Shown here piece after piece: positions 19,916 to 28,942 of a stretch of DNA of 64,000 nt (within the stretch, counting starts at the first letter, position 1; the number at the start of each line of letters is the position of its first letter). Both the position numbers and the translations under genes were made by a program. Location of the stretch: the NCBI GenBank assembly GCA_964371625.1, contig CAYJMP010000002.1, forward strand, positions 197,034 to 261,033. Reading direction: 5' to 3'. Under the pieces are notes generated by a model, which saw nothing but the letters and a program-made list of their open reading frames with translations, ran no database searches and was not told the DNA's origin. Source of the DNA: an uncultured Ignavibacteria bacterium. Lineage in GTDB: Bacteria > Zixibacteria > MSB-5A5 > WJJR01.

Positions 19916-20959
19916 ATGGAACTCGAACTGAAAATCATCAGCGGCAACGCCAACCGGCCGCTGGCCCAACGCATCGCCGAACATCTCGATCGGTCGCTGA
20001 CCACCTGCACCGTGACGAAGTTCTCCGACGGCGAGGTCTTCGTCAAGATCGACGAGAACGTCCGCGGCTCCGACCTCTTCATCGTTCAATCGACCAACAC
20101 GCCCGCCGAAAACCTGATGGAATTGTTGATGCTGATCGACGCCGCGCGGCGTGCCTCGGCCAAACGCATCACCGCCGTCATCCCCTACTTCGGCTATGCG
20201 CGCGCCGATCGCAAAGATCAGCCCCGCGTCTCGATCACCGCCCGGCTCATCGCTGACATGATCACGCTGGCCGGCGCGGATCGCGTCTTGACGATGGATC
20301 TCCATGCCTCGCAGATTCAGGGCTTCTTCCAGATTCCTTCCGACCACTTGTATTCGGCCATCGTGTTTAACGATTTCTTCCTGAAACTCGGCGTGACCGA
20401 TCCAGTCGTCGTCTCGCCAGACGTTGGTTCGATCAAGATGGCGCGCGCCTTTGCCAAGACGCTCTCTTGCAGCTTGGCGATCGTCGACAAGCGCCGTCCC
20501 AATCCCAACCAGGCCGAAGTGCTTAACATCATCGGCTCGGTCGAAGGCCGGGCTGCGATTCTGCGCGACGACATGGTCGACACCGCAGGGACACTGACCG
20601 AAGCGGCCAAGGCCGTAGTCAAGGCCGGCGCCAAGAAAGTCTACGCCTGCTGCACGCACCCGGTGCTCTCGGGAAAGTCGCTCGAACGCATTGCGGAGTC
20701 GCCGATCGAACGCCTCTGCGTCGCCGATACGATAGACTTAAGCCACCGCACCCTGCCGGAAAAGATCGGCATCATCTCCACCGCGCACCTGTTCGCTGAG
20801 GCCATCGCGCGCATCGCCCATGAACAGTCGATCTCGGCGCTGTTTCCTCCCGAGCCGGATGGCTCCGAGGAACGACAGCAACAGCGCCTGGATCTCGATG
20901 CGACACCCGGTCAAACCGAACGCAAACCCATACGAACAAACGCGCCCCATGGGGCCTGA
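19916..20959 (+). CDS. prs: Ribose-phosphate pyrophosphokinase
   Basis: PRPP synthetase motifs (VSPDVGS, DDMVDTAGTL); canonical position next to rplY. Confidence 0.9.
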   Translation: MELELKIISGNANRPLAQRIAEHLDRSLTTCTVTKFSDGEVFVKIDENVRGSDLFIVQSTNTPAENLMELLMLIDAARRASAKRITAVIPYFGYARADRKDQPRVSITARLIADMITLAGADRVLTMDLHASQIQGFFQIPSDHLYSAIVFNDFFLKLGVTDPVVVSPDVGSIKMARAFAKTLSCSLAIVDKRRPNPNQAEVLNIIGSVEGRAAILRDDMVDTAGTLTEAAKAVVKAGAKKVYACCTHPVLSGKSLERIAESPIERLCVADTIDLSHRTLPEKIGIISTAHLFAEAIARIAHEQSISALFPPEPDGSEERQQQRLDLDATPGQTERKPIRTNAPHGA

Positions 20960-20993
20960 TCGTACGTCACTTGTGATTGAGGAGTAAGAAGCA

Positions 20994-21716
20994 ATGAAGA
21001 CCATGCCTTTGTCCGTCAAACCACGAATCGCCACCGGAAAAGGCGGAGCCCGTCAATTGCGCGCCGCCGGCTCGATTCCCGCCACCTTCTACGGCGGCGA
21101 AACTGAGCCCGCCACTCTGGCGGTTAACCGACATGAATTCTCCATCGTCTTGCACAAGTCATCTTCCGAAAACGTGATCGTTGACTTGAACGTTGAGGGG
21201 GCTGCGAAAGCCGAACTGGCGCTCGTTAAGGATGTGCAGCACGACCCCGTCTCGGGTGAAGTCATTCACGTCGACTTCCAGCACATTTCCGCCGACAAGC
21301 CCATCCGCGTCACGGTCCCGATTCGCGTCCTCGGTCTCGCCGATGGCGTGAAGAACTTCGGCGGTGTGCTCCAGCATTCGGCCCGTGAGGTTCAGGTCGA
21401 AGCGCTTCCCGCCGCCATTCCCGACCACATCGATCTCGATGTAACTAATCTCGGCATCCATCAGGCTATCCACGCCAGCGATATCGCGATTGAAGGCGTC
21501 ACCGTCGTGACCTCCGGCGATCAGACCATCGTCTCGGTCGTGCCGCCGACGGTTGTCAAGGAAGTCACTCCGGGCGCGACGGTCACAGAAGAAGCGGCTG
21601 CCGGCGAGCCCGAAGTCATCGGCGAGAAGGAACGCGAAGCCCGCGCCGCCGAAAAGGGCCCGGAAGAAGGAAAGGGAAAGGAGAAGGAGAAGGAGAAGGG
21701 CAAGGAAAAGAAATAA
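20994..21716 (+). CDS. rplY: 50S ribosomal protein L25 / general stress protein Ctc
   Basis: L25/Ctc-like N-terminus; long KE-rich C-terminal tail. Confidence 0.85.
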   Translation: MKTMPLSVKPRIATGKGGARQLRAAGSIPATFYGGETEPATLAVNRHEFSIVLHKSSSENVIVDLNVEGAAKAELALVKDVQHDPVSGEVIHVDFQHISADKPIRVTVPIRVLGLADGVKNFGGVLQHSAREVQVEALPAAIPDHIDLDVTNLGIHQAIHASDIAIEGVTVVTSGDQTIVSVVPPTVVKEVTPGATVTEEAAAGEPEVIGEKEREARAAEKGPEEGKGKEKEKEKGKEKK

Positions 21717-21726
21717 CCTATGCCCT

Positions 21727-21767
21727 CGTCATTGCGAGGCGGGCGTTCTTCGCCCGACGAAGCAATC
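21727..21767. repeat. Dispersed intergenic palindromic element, copy A
   Basis: cgtcattgcgagg + palindromic core cgggcgttcttcgcccg + acgaagcaatc; same termini recur at 23716, 40800 (inverted) and 40875. Confidence 0.7.
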
Positions 21768-21839
21768 CCCTTTGTTATCACTCAGCGCCCGATGTCTCCT
21801 TCAAGGAGACCTCGGGCGTTGTTCATTTGAGAGTATCGC

Positions 21840-23705
21840 TTGCTGACATTGTTTCTTAATCCGGCTGTTCTCTCGCTCGCGATCGACCTCATCCTGGGCC
21901 GCTTCGCGACATTCAATCTCGAGCAGAAATCATTCTACCTGCTCACACTGGCGGGGTCCACCGCCTGGTGGATGTTCCTCGCCTGGATTGTCCGCGCTCC
22001 CCTCACACGTCGCAATCAGATTCTCTCAACCGGCATCGCTCTTCTCTATGCGGTCACCTTCGTCCTCGTGTACGGATACCGCGCGACCACGGGCACGATG
22101 CCGAACTATTACACCTTCGAATACATCTTTGCGGAACCATTCAACAGCTGGACACTCTTGCGGGACACCTGGAGTTGGGTGTACACGCTGGCGATTCCCG
22201 TGGTAGCCCTGATCTTTTGGCTCGGGTTCACACGCTGGCGCGCTTACCTGGCCGCTCGCTGTCAGAAGCGACGGCACGCGGTCGTCGCCGGCGTGGCATT
22301 GTCTCTCGCCGTGATCATTCAGTTGGTGATTCACAACAACATCCGCTTCGTCGATCAGTGCTTCACTGCCGACATGACCGTGTCGACCAGCATCATGCGG
22401 AATTTCTATACGCGCTTCACTGACCCGAACGCCGGACGCAGCGGACTGGCGGCGCGGATGCCGATTGCCGTGCCGGAAATCCGTCCCGCAGAGGGCTCGC
22501 GTTCACCCAACCTGCTCGTCATTCTGACTGAATCGTTACGCGCCGATGCGCTGGGAATCTATGGGAGCTCCCGCCCCACAACACCGTTCCTCGATTCCCT
22601 CTGCAGAAATTATCCAGGGACGGTAGCACGATTCGACAACGCCTTCGCCTCGGCGACCATGACCTTTATCGCTGTGCCCACATTTGTGACCGGAGTATCG
22701 CCTTTGGCATCGGCGCTGACCTTGCACACACAGCCGACGTTTTGGGAGTACTGCAAGGCCGCTGGCTACGAGACTTTCTTCTTCACCTCGCAAAGCCAGG
22801 AATGGGAGAACATCAAAACATTCTTCACTATTCCCGCCATCGATCATCACTTCAATAAGGAGACCGTGGGCATCGGCGAGAAGAACGATCTCGGCATCGA
22901 CGATCACTATGTCGTTGACCACTTCATCTCGTGGCTCCAAAGTCGAAAGGAAAGCACGCCCTTCACCGGCATACTTCAACTCAATCAGACACATTATCCC
23001 TTTTGGACTCCCGACAGCCTGCGTCTCTTCGGCGAGACAGATCGCCGCGACCTTTACGACAACGCAGTCCGTTACACCGATGGCCAATTGCGGCGCGTCA
23101 TCACGGCCATCGCGATGCACGGAGAGTTGGACAACACCGTCATCGTCCTGACCTCCGACCACGGTGAGGCATTCAATGAGCATGGCATCTTCGGCCATCT
23201 GAACTGCCTCTACCGCGAAGGTATCCGCGTGCCCATGATTTTGTTTGTGCCGCCGATGGATGAGACCGATGGCCCGCGCTCTAAAGAGCTTGAGATTCTA
23301 ATCCGCAACACAGCAGCCGGCGTCAGCAATCTGGACGTTCTCCCCACACTGCTCGATTTCGCGGGAATCTGGAATGACTCACTGATCGCAGCAATTCGCA
23401 CGGGCATCGCTGGGTATTCCCTGCTTGAACCGCTGCCCACTGACCGGATCGTCGTCACCTCGAATCTGACCGAGATGACCCGCAATCACCTCGGCTTGTC
23501 GCTGGTGACCGGCAACTGGCACTACATCCTGAATCTGCAAGGCGAGAAAACTGGTGTTGAAGAACTGTATGACTGGGAACACGACCCGGCTGAAGCAAAC
23601 AACGTCATCACGAGTATTCCTCCGGATCTTCGACTACGCCTCGACCAATACCTGGCATCCTACCCTGTCTCCCAACGAATTAGGAAGTCACTTCCTCCGG
23701 GCTAA
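21840..23705 (+). CDS. Membrane-anchored sulfatase-fold (alkaline-phosphatase superfamily) protein, EptA/LtaS-like transferase
   Basis: N-terminal transmembrane helices followed by sulfatase-like domain (LVILTESLRADALGIYG, VLTSDHGEAFNEHG). Confidence 0.65.
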   Translation: MLTLFLNPAVLSLAIDLILGRFATFNLEQKSFYLLTLAGSTAWWMFLAWIVRAPLTRRNQILSTGIALLYAVTFVLVYGYRATTGTMPNYYTFEYIFAEPFNSWTLLRDTWSWVYTLAIPVVALIFWLGFTRWRAYLAARCQKRRHAVVAGVALSLAVIIQLVIHNNIRFVDQCFTADMTVSTSIMRNFYTRFTDPNAGRSGLAARMPIAVPEIRPAEGSRSPNLLVILTESLRADALGIYGSSRPTTPFLDSLCRNYPGTVARFDNAFASATMTFIAVPTFVTGVSPLASALTLHTQPTFWEYCKAAGYETFFFTSQSQEWENIKTFFTIPAIDHHFNKETVGIGEKNDLGIDDHYVVDHFISWLQSRKESTPFTGILQLNQTHYPFWTPDSLRLFGETDRRDLYDNAVRYTDGQLRRVITAIAMHGELDNTVIVLTSDHGEAFNEHGIFGHLNCLYREGIRVPMILFVPPMDETDGPRSKELEILIRNTAAGVSNLDVLPTLLDFAGIWNDSLIAAIRTGIAGYSLLEPLPTDRIVVTSNLTEMTRNHLGLSLVTGNWHYILNLQGEKTGVEELYDWEHDPAEANNVITSIPPDLRLRLDQYLASYPVSQRIRKSLPPG

Positions 23706-23715
23706 CGCGAAGAAT

Positions 23716-23782
23716 CGTTATTGCGAGGAGAGAGGCGTTTTTATCGCCGACCGACGCTTGTCCGCCGCGGCGGGAAGCAATC
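23716..23782. repeat. Dispersed intergenic palindromic element, copy E (longer core)
   Basis: cgttattgcgagg ... ggaagcaatc termini with GC-rich palindromic core (gtccgccgcggcgg). Confidence 0.6.
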
Positions 23783-23919
23783 TCTGTTCAGCGGACCGCC
23801 CCGCCCTCTTGCCCGGCGCCCTAACATTTCCTATTTTGCGTACGACTCACATCCAGTTTGGGTGGCCCTGATCCGCCGCGGCGGATTAGGGCAAGCGAAG
23901 CGAGCAGACCGACATTTCC

Positions 23920-24915
23920 ATGCAGACAATCTCCCTCAGACCTAAGCAGATCGCCCGTGGCCTCCGTACGGCCTTGGACCCGGCGCGTCCCATGCTGGCC
24001 CAGATCGTCGTCACGCGCAAATGCAACCTCGACTGCGGCTACTGCAACGAATTCGATAAGATCTCGCAACCGGTCCCGACCGAGACTCTCTATCAGTACA
24101 TCGATCACTTGGCCGACCTCGGCACCCAGGTCATCACCTTCACCGGCGGCGAACCGCTCCTGCATCCCGAACTCGACAAACTCGTCGCGCGCGTGAACTC
24201 GCACAGCATGGTGTGCACTTCGATCACAAACGGGTTTCTGCTGACCAAGGAGTGGGTCGAGAAACTCAATGATGCGGGCTTGTATCTCCTGCAGGTGTCG
24301 GTGGACAACCTCGAGCCGAGCGATCTATCCCAGAAGTCATTCAACCTGCTGAAGAAGAAACTGCCGTTGCTCACGCAATACGCCCGCTTCAATGTGAACA
24401 TCAACGCCGTCCTCGGCTCCTCCCCGGTCGCCGAGACCCGCGAACTCGCCCGTCAGATTCGCGAAATGGGCTTCTACATGACCGTCGGCCTTTTGCACTC
24501 CGGCGATGGCTCGCTTGATCGCGGCCTGCTCGAACACAAAGACCTCGAACCGCTCTACAAAGAAATGTCGGGGGACCGCCGCCGCAAACTCCTGCACCGT
24601 TTCGGCGAGGGCTGGGAATACGACATGATCCGCAACGGCGAGTCCGACTGGAAATGCCGCGCCGGCGCCCGTTATCTCTACATCGACGAGTTCGGCATCG
24701 TGAGCTATTGCTCCCAACGCCGCAACGACCCCGGCATTCATCTATTGGAATACTCGAAGGACCACCTGCGCCGCTTCTCGACCACGCGCAAAGGCTGCGA
24801 ACTCACCTGCACTGTGGCGTGCGTAAGACGCGCCTCGAGCGTGGATGTCTGGCGCAGTCAAGAAGCGGAACCGACGCCGACCCCGGACATCGAGGCCGCG
24901 CCGGCGATTTCCTAA
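23920..24915 (+). CDS. Radical SAM protein
   Basis: CNLDCGYC (Cx3Cx2C) cluster motif near N-terminus; additional C-terminal Cys cluster (GCELTCTVAC). Confidence 0.75.
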   Translation: MQTISLRPKQIARGLRTALDPARPMLAQIVVTRKCNLDCGYCNEFDKISQPVPTETLYQYIDHLADLGTQVITFTGGEPLLHPELDKLVARVNSHSMVCTSITNGFLLTKEWVEKLNDAGLYLLQVSVDNLEPSDLSQKSFNLLKKKLPLLTQYARFNVNINAVLGSSPVAETRELARQIREMGFYMTVGLLHSGDGSLDRGLLEHKDLEPLYKEMSGDRRRKLLHRFGEGWEYDMIRNGESDWKCRAGARYLYIDEFGIVSYCSQRRNDPGIHLLEYSKDHLRRFSTTRKGCELTCTVACVRRASSVDVWRSQEAEPTPTPDIEAAPAIS

Positions 24916-25035
24916 TTCACGGCCTTGACGATTCTTCGGAGCAGAGCACGCTCTCCGCTGCTGCGGATTGCACGCCTCAGAAAAAGAATCGAAAAAGTTC
25001 AGGCCGATCCCCTTGACCAACTGTATATGAGTCAG

Positions 25036-25172
25036 GTGGGCAGAACCCACCCTACAATCCTCTTAGTAATGTGAGAGGACGGCTTTGAAATTACTCCCGA
25101 TTGGGAGGAAGTCGACCAACCGCTTTGGCGATTGGAAGAGTGAAAAGCCGAAGTAGGGTGGGTCCTGCCCAC
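25036..25172. repeat. Inverted-repeat pair bracketing ~97 bp (possible structured RNA or miniature element)
   Basis: gtgggcagaacccaccctac (25036-25055) vs gtagggtgggtcctgcccac (25153-25172), 19 of 20 complementary; each arm also contains a local GTGGG-N5-CCCAC hairpin. Confidence 0.5.
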
Positions 25173-25459
25173 ATCGTTTTCTTGGGCCCGCCCTCCAACC
25201 ACTTACTTTGGATTCACATTATCCAACTTCTTCGCGAACCATTCCGCCTTTCGTGACTACAAGACTCTGAGACCTCGGATAGCCGCAGGGATCACATTCT
25301 TGAATCTGCATCTGGTATCCTCCGTTCGGCTCAGAAGTTGTTTCGAGCACTACCACGCGGGGGCCTCGCCCTCCAAAACGGAATTTGAGACCAAGTCGTG
25401 TGACCGATCGCGCGGGGAATTCTGTGTGCGCCAGGTCGGTTAACTGAAGGGAGAACACA

Positions 25460-26074
25460 ATGCACAAAGCCATCGTGGCCGTCAGCATGGCAACATTGAT
25501 CCTGGCCGCAGGATGCAATACCGAAGAGAAGCGTCTGGAAGGTGAATTGACGCTGGCCAATTCGCGGATCGCCGAATTGGAGCAGTCGATTCAGCAGACG
25601 GGGCAGCGCGCCGACTCGCTCTCCGGCACTCTCTCTGTCGTCGAGCAAAACGCCCAACGTATTCGCGACAGTCTGAACAATTCGCGTGAGGAGCTAAGCG
25701 ACGCCGTCGTCAAGGCCCAGCGTGTTGAAGCCCGCTTGCAGAATGAACGCAATATGCATCGCAAGTCCGTCGACAGCCTCAATCAGGTGCGTGTCACTCT
25801 CGAAGGCACCGTCGCGGAGCGAGAGGCAACAATCGGCGGGCTCGAGTCGCAGCTCACGCTGACCCAGGCAGAAGCCGATCGCCTGAAAGGCCAGAAAGAC
25901 AGCCTCCTGGCCTTTGTCGATGATCTCAAGCCGTGGTACGATTACTACAAGAAGGATTCAGGCCGTAACTGGGCCAAGAAGCTTTTCGGCGCCGGACGCG
26001 CCACCAAGCCAACGACCCCGGAACCGGTCTTCCAGCCGCGTGTCGAGCCAGATCTGGAGGCGCAAAAACCGTAG
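25460..26074 (+). CDS. Coiled-coil lipoprotein, function unknown
   Basis: Signal peptide with lipobox LAAGC; heptad-like Q/E/R-rich sequence; AAGGGAG RBS. Confidence 0.6.
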   Translation: MHKAIVAVSMATLILAAGCNTEEKRLEGELTLANSRIAELEQSIQQTGQRADSLSGTLSVVEQNAQRIRDSLNNSREELSDAVVKAQRVEARLQNERNMHRKSVDSLNQVRVTLEGTVAEREATIGGLESQLTLTQAEADRLKGQKDSLLAFVDDLKPWYDYYKKDSGRNWAKKLFGAGRATKPTTPEPVFQPRVEPDLEAQKP

Positions 26075-26215
26075 CGCGGCCACAATCGAATACCCCTCCC
26101 CTCCTATTCCGGTAACGGAATGGGTCGGCTCCTCCCGGAGGGAGAGCCCTGTAGTCCCTTCTCTCCCTCCCGGGGGGAGGTAGTACGATAGAGGAAATCG
26201 GATGTACGGAAATTC

Positions 26216-26247
26216 AAACGCCGCCCGCAAGAATGCGAGCGGCGTTT
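26216..26247. terminator. Bidirectional terminator between convergent genes
   Basis: aaacgccgc...gcggcgttt hairpin (9-bp outer stem plus inner cgc/gcg) with A-tract and T-tract on opposite sides. Confidence 0.5.
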
Positions 26248-26278
26248 GGCGTGGTTGGAAAGTCCCGGCGATCGACGT

Positions 26279-27370
26279 TTAATGCGCGCAGGGATAATCC
26301 ATGCAATCGATTTCGACATCATAAGCCGGTACGGTCGTGATCGACGGGTTCTTCGCCGGATCGACCGTCCATGACGTCATTCCATACTTCAGCGCCACAG
26401 CATCGTAGCCCAGAATATTAAGCGCCATGGTCGCGTAGCTGGCGGTGTGACCGGTGTAGCAGATCACCACGATCTGTTTGTCGGTCGGAAGCTTGGCAAG
26501 ATTCGCAGGGTCGGCCACGGTCTTCCAGGCAATATTCACCGCGCCGACGACATGAGTGGCGGCGTAGTCTGTAGAGCCACGGGCATCGAGAATGAACGGG
26601 TCATTGGCGGCGTTGCCGTCGTTGAGATTGTTGTACAGTGTCATCGACGAAATCGTCGGCGCTGCACCGGAGGAGAGGTAGGCATCGGCCGCCGCGCGGA
26701 CAATCTCCACATCATCGGACGACGTTGTGTTCTCGACCGTCGGAAGTGTGTGGGTCCCGGGTGTCACGGCTTCGGTGCTGATCGGATAATCGCCGCAGTC
26801 CACTTCGGAATCATAGACCGGGTTCGATGTAATCCATGGGAAATAAGTCGGGTCGACGGTCCATGAGGTCATACCGAATTTCATCGCCTTCGCCTTGATG
26901 TACCCTATCGATCCGAGGTACGCCGCGCTCTGGCATGCGGTGTGCCCTGTGTAGCAGACCACCACGATCTCTTTCTCCTTGTCAGTCGGCAATGAACTCT
27001 GATTGGAGGCCTTTGCGATTTCACGGAACGGGATGTTGACCGAACCGGGGACATGGCCGGCGGTGAAATCACTGGTGCCGCGAACATCAAGCACGAACGG
27101 GTCATTGGCCGCGTTGCCGTCGTTCAGGTTGTTGTAAAGTGCGGCGGCGGTCATTGTGGCTGTGGCGCCGGTGAAGTACGCTTCGACGGCATCGGAGATA
27201 ACGTCGAATTCCGACACGGTCGGGCCGGTCGTCTCGTCATCATCCGAGCATCCGACCGCGATCAGCATCGCCAAGGCTACCAGTCCGATTCCCACCATCC
27301 GCATCCATTTGCTTGTACTTTGGTGCATACGATCCTCCTTCGTAGGTTCGCTTGATTCGACTCCTGTCAT
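26279..27370 (-). CDS. Tandem-rhodanese-domain lipoprotein (sulfurtransferase, Sud-like)
   Basis: Two rhodanese modules each with active-site CYTGHT; lipobox AVGCS; start overlaps cytochrome stop in ATGA (27367-27370), though the real start may be an internal Met. Confidence 0.75.
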   Translation of the reverse strand: MTGVESSEPTKEDRMHQSTSKWMRMVGIGLVALAMLIAVGCSDDDETTGPTVSEFDVISDAVEAYFTGATATMTAAALYNNLNDGNAANDPFVLDVRGTSDFTAGHVPGSVNIPFREIAKASNQSSLPTDKEKEIVVVCYTGHTACQSAAYLGSIGYIKAKAMKFGMTSWTVDPTYFPWITSNPVYDSEVDCGDYPISTEAVTPGTHTLPTVENTTSSDDVEIVRAAADAYLSSGAAPTISSMTLYNNLNDGNAANDPFILDARGSTDYAATHVVGAVNIAWKTVADPANLAKLPTDKQIVVICYTGHTASYATMALNILGYDAVALKYGMTSWTVDPAKNPSITTVPAYDVEIDCMDYPCAH

Positions 27371-28695
27371 TCATCCCACGGCACCGGTCCATCGGGCACG
27401 ATGACCCCGGCGTTGGCTTCGATTTCATAGTCCCGCAAGTCGGCCGCTCGCAAAAAGAGGGTTTCGCTGTTGTGGCACACGGCCGAGCAGTTCCCCGTAC
27501 CGGCTGAGTCCGTCTGCGGTGTGTTGCGGCGAATGTTGTGCGGCGACGCGTATTTCCACGTTGGCAAAACATCGAAATCGTTCAGTGCGAGGCCCCAGTC
27601 AGCAAACGTGTTCGGGTCAACCGGCGCATGGCGCAGGGCCACGTAGCTGTAGCCACGCTTGGTCGGTAGAGGATTGCGCCCGATTTTGATTCCCAAGCTC
27701 GACGGCTCCTGCAGTCCCTCGCCGGCATGGCAACTGTAACAGTTCTTGTATTCCTGCGCGTGACAGGCTTGGCATTGCACATCCGTCCAATGTTGCGTAT
27801 GCCAAATGTTGGCCGAGGCATCGTCAGTGTGACAATTCTCGCAACGCGGCATCTCCACGACATCGTAACGCTTGTCGTAACCGCGCCCGTCGGCGTGCAT
27901 CTCAGAGCCCGTGTGGCAGGCGAGACACGACATCGCATTTGGATTCCAGTGGACATCGGCTTTGTATCCGGCGCGTGAACCCAGATACTCCTCGCCGACA
28001 CGGCTCCCATGGCAGGCGGTGCAGTTATTGAAGAGCGATGGTGTGCGCACCACGGCATGACCGGCAAGGAACCCGCCGCCCACGCTGGCGGGACGCGAGA
28101 TATGACATTGGCCGCAACTCGTGTGACACTTGGCGCATTGCGATTGGTACTTATCCTTGTAACTCGGCGAGTTCGGATCGAAGGCGCCGCCTGAACGCGC
28201 GCCGATCATGGACAAATACCCGCTCTGGTTGGAGTGCACTGATGTGGAGTCATTGCCGACGATACCGCCATGACACTCGCTGCAGATACCGGTCGCCGCA
28301 TCCGAAGGATGGGTGACGAGCCCTTCATGTGCCCCTTCTTTTGATTCAGCGTTCTTGTTTCCCGCATGGCACCCAGCGCATCCGACAGAGTTGTGGACGT
28401 TATCGATAAACTCCGCCTGGCTGACCATGACCCGTTCCCATACCTCCAACGGAGGTACCGATCCACCTCACCCTTCGCCCGGCTCATCGCCGCCACTTCC
28501 TGTGTCGGGTTCCGCGGTCGCAACCAGCTGATCCTTGCTGGTGTGACAGCCAACACAACTGCCCCCGCGCGCACTCGATAATCCCAGATCTCGTTCGGTG
28601 GCGCAGCCGGCCAACAACAGCACGAGAAGCGCCAACCCGGGCATCCATGTCATGAGAGGATTCCCGCGCGTGAAATCAGACAATTTGTGATTCAT
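27367..28695 (-). CDS. Lipoprotein multihaem cytochrome c (~10 CxxCH) interrupted by a single in-frame TGA at 28468-28470 (recoded, pseudogene or sequence error)
   Basis: Upstream ORF (GGAGGA RBS, signal peptide + LLAGC lipobox, CVGCH) and downstream ORF (nine CxxCH, no signal peptide) are in the same frame separated only by TGA; continuous reading ...DEPGEG-TGA-GGSVPPLEVWERV... Confidence 0.6.
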
Positions 28696-28760
28696 TTCAC
28701 ATATCCTCCGTGTATCTAATACGTAATGTCGGCTCGCGGACCAATGGATATGTACCATAT

Positions 28761-28780
28761 ATTGTCATAAATTGTCACAA
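28761..28780. promoter_or_regulatory. Tandem 10-bp direct repeat attgtcaNaa x2 in divergent promoter region
   Basis: attgtcataa attgtcacaa in the AT-rich region between the cytochrome operon (minus) and purU (plus). Confidence 0.25.
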
Positions 28781-28942
28781 GCAACATGGCAACTGAAGTG
28801 CCCGGCCAAAATAATGGTCGTCTCACCATGTCACAATCTGCGGGAGTTGGCACAAATCGCATTCAGGAGAACTTCGGCGGAGAGCCGCCCGGACGGCTGG
28901 CTTCAAAGTGTAACTTCAACGGCCACAGCCGACATATAGGAT

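Noticed and set aside
21640-21716. KE-rich repeat at the C-terminus of L25 and the GGGGR tail of the RRM protein (33040-33164) as possible independent repeat features
   Set aside because: These are low-complexity protein tails within well-supported genes, not DNA-level repeat elements.
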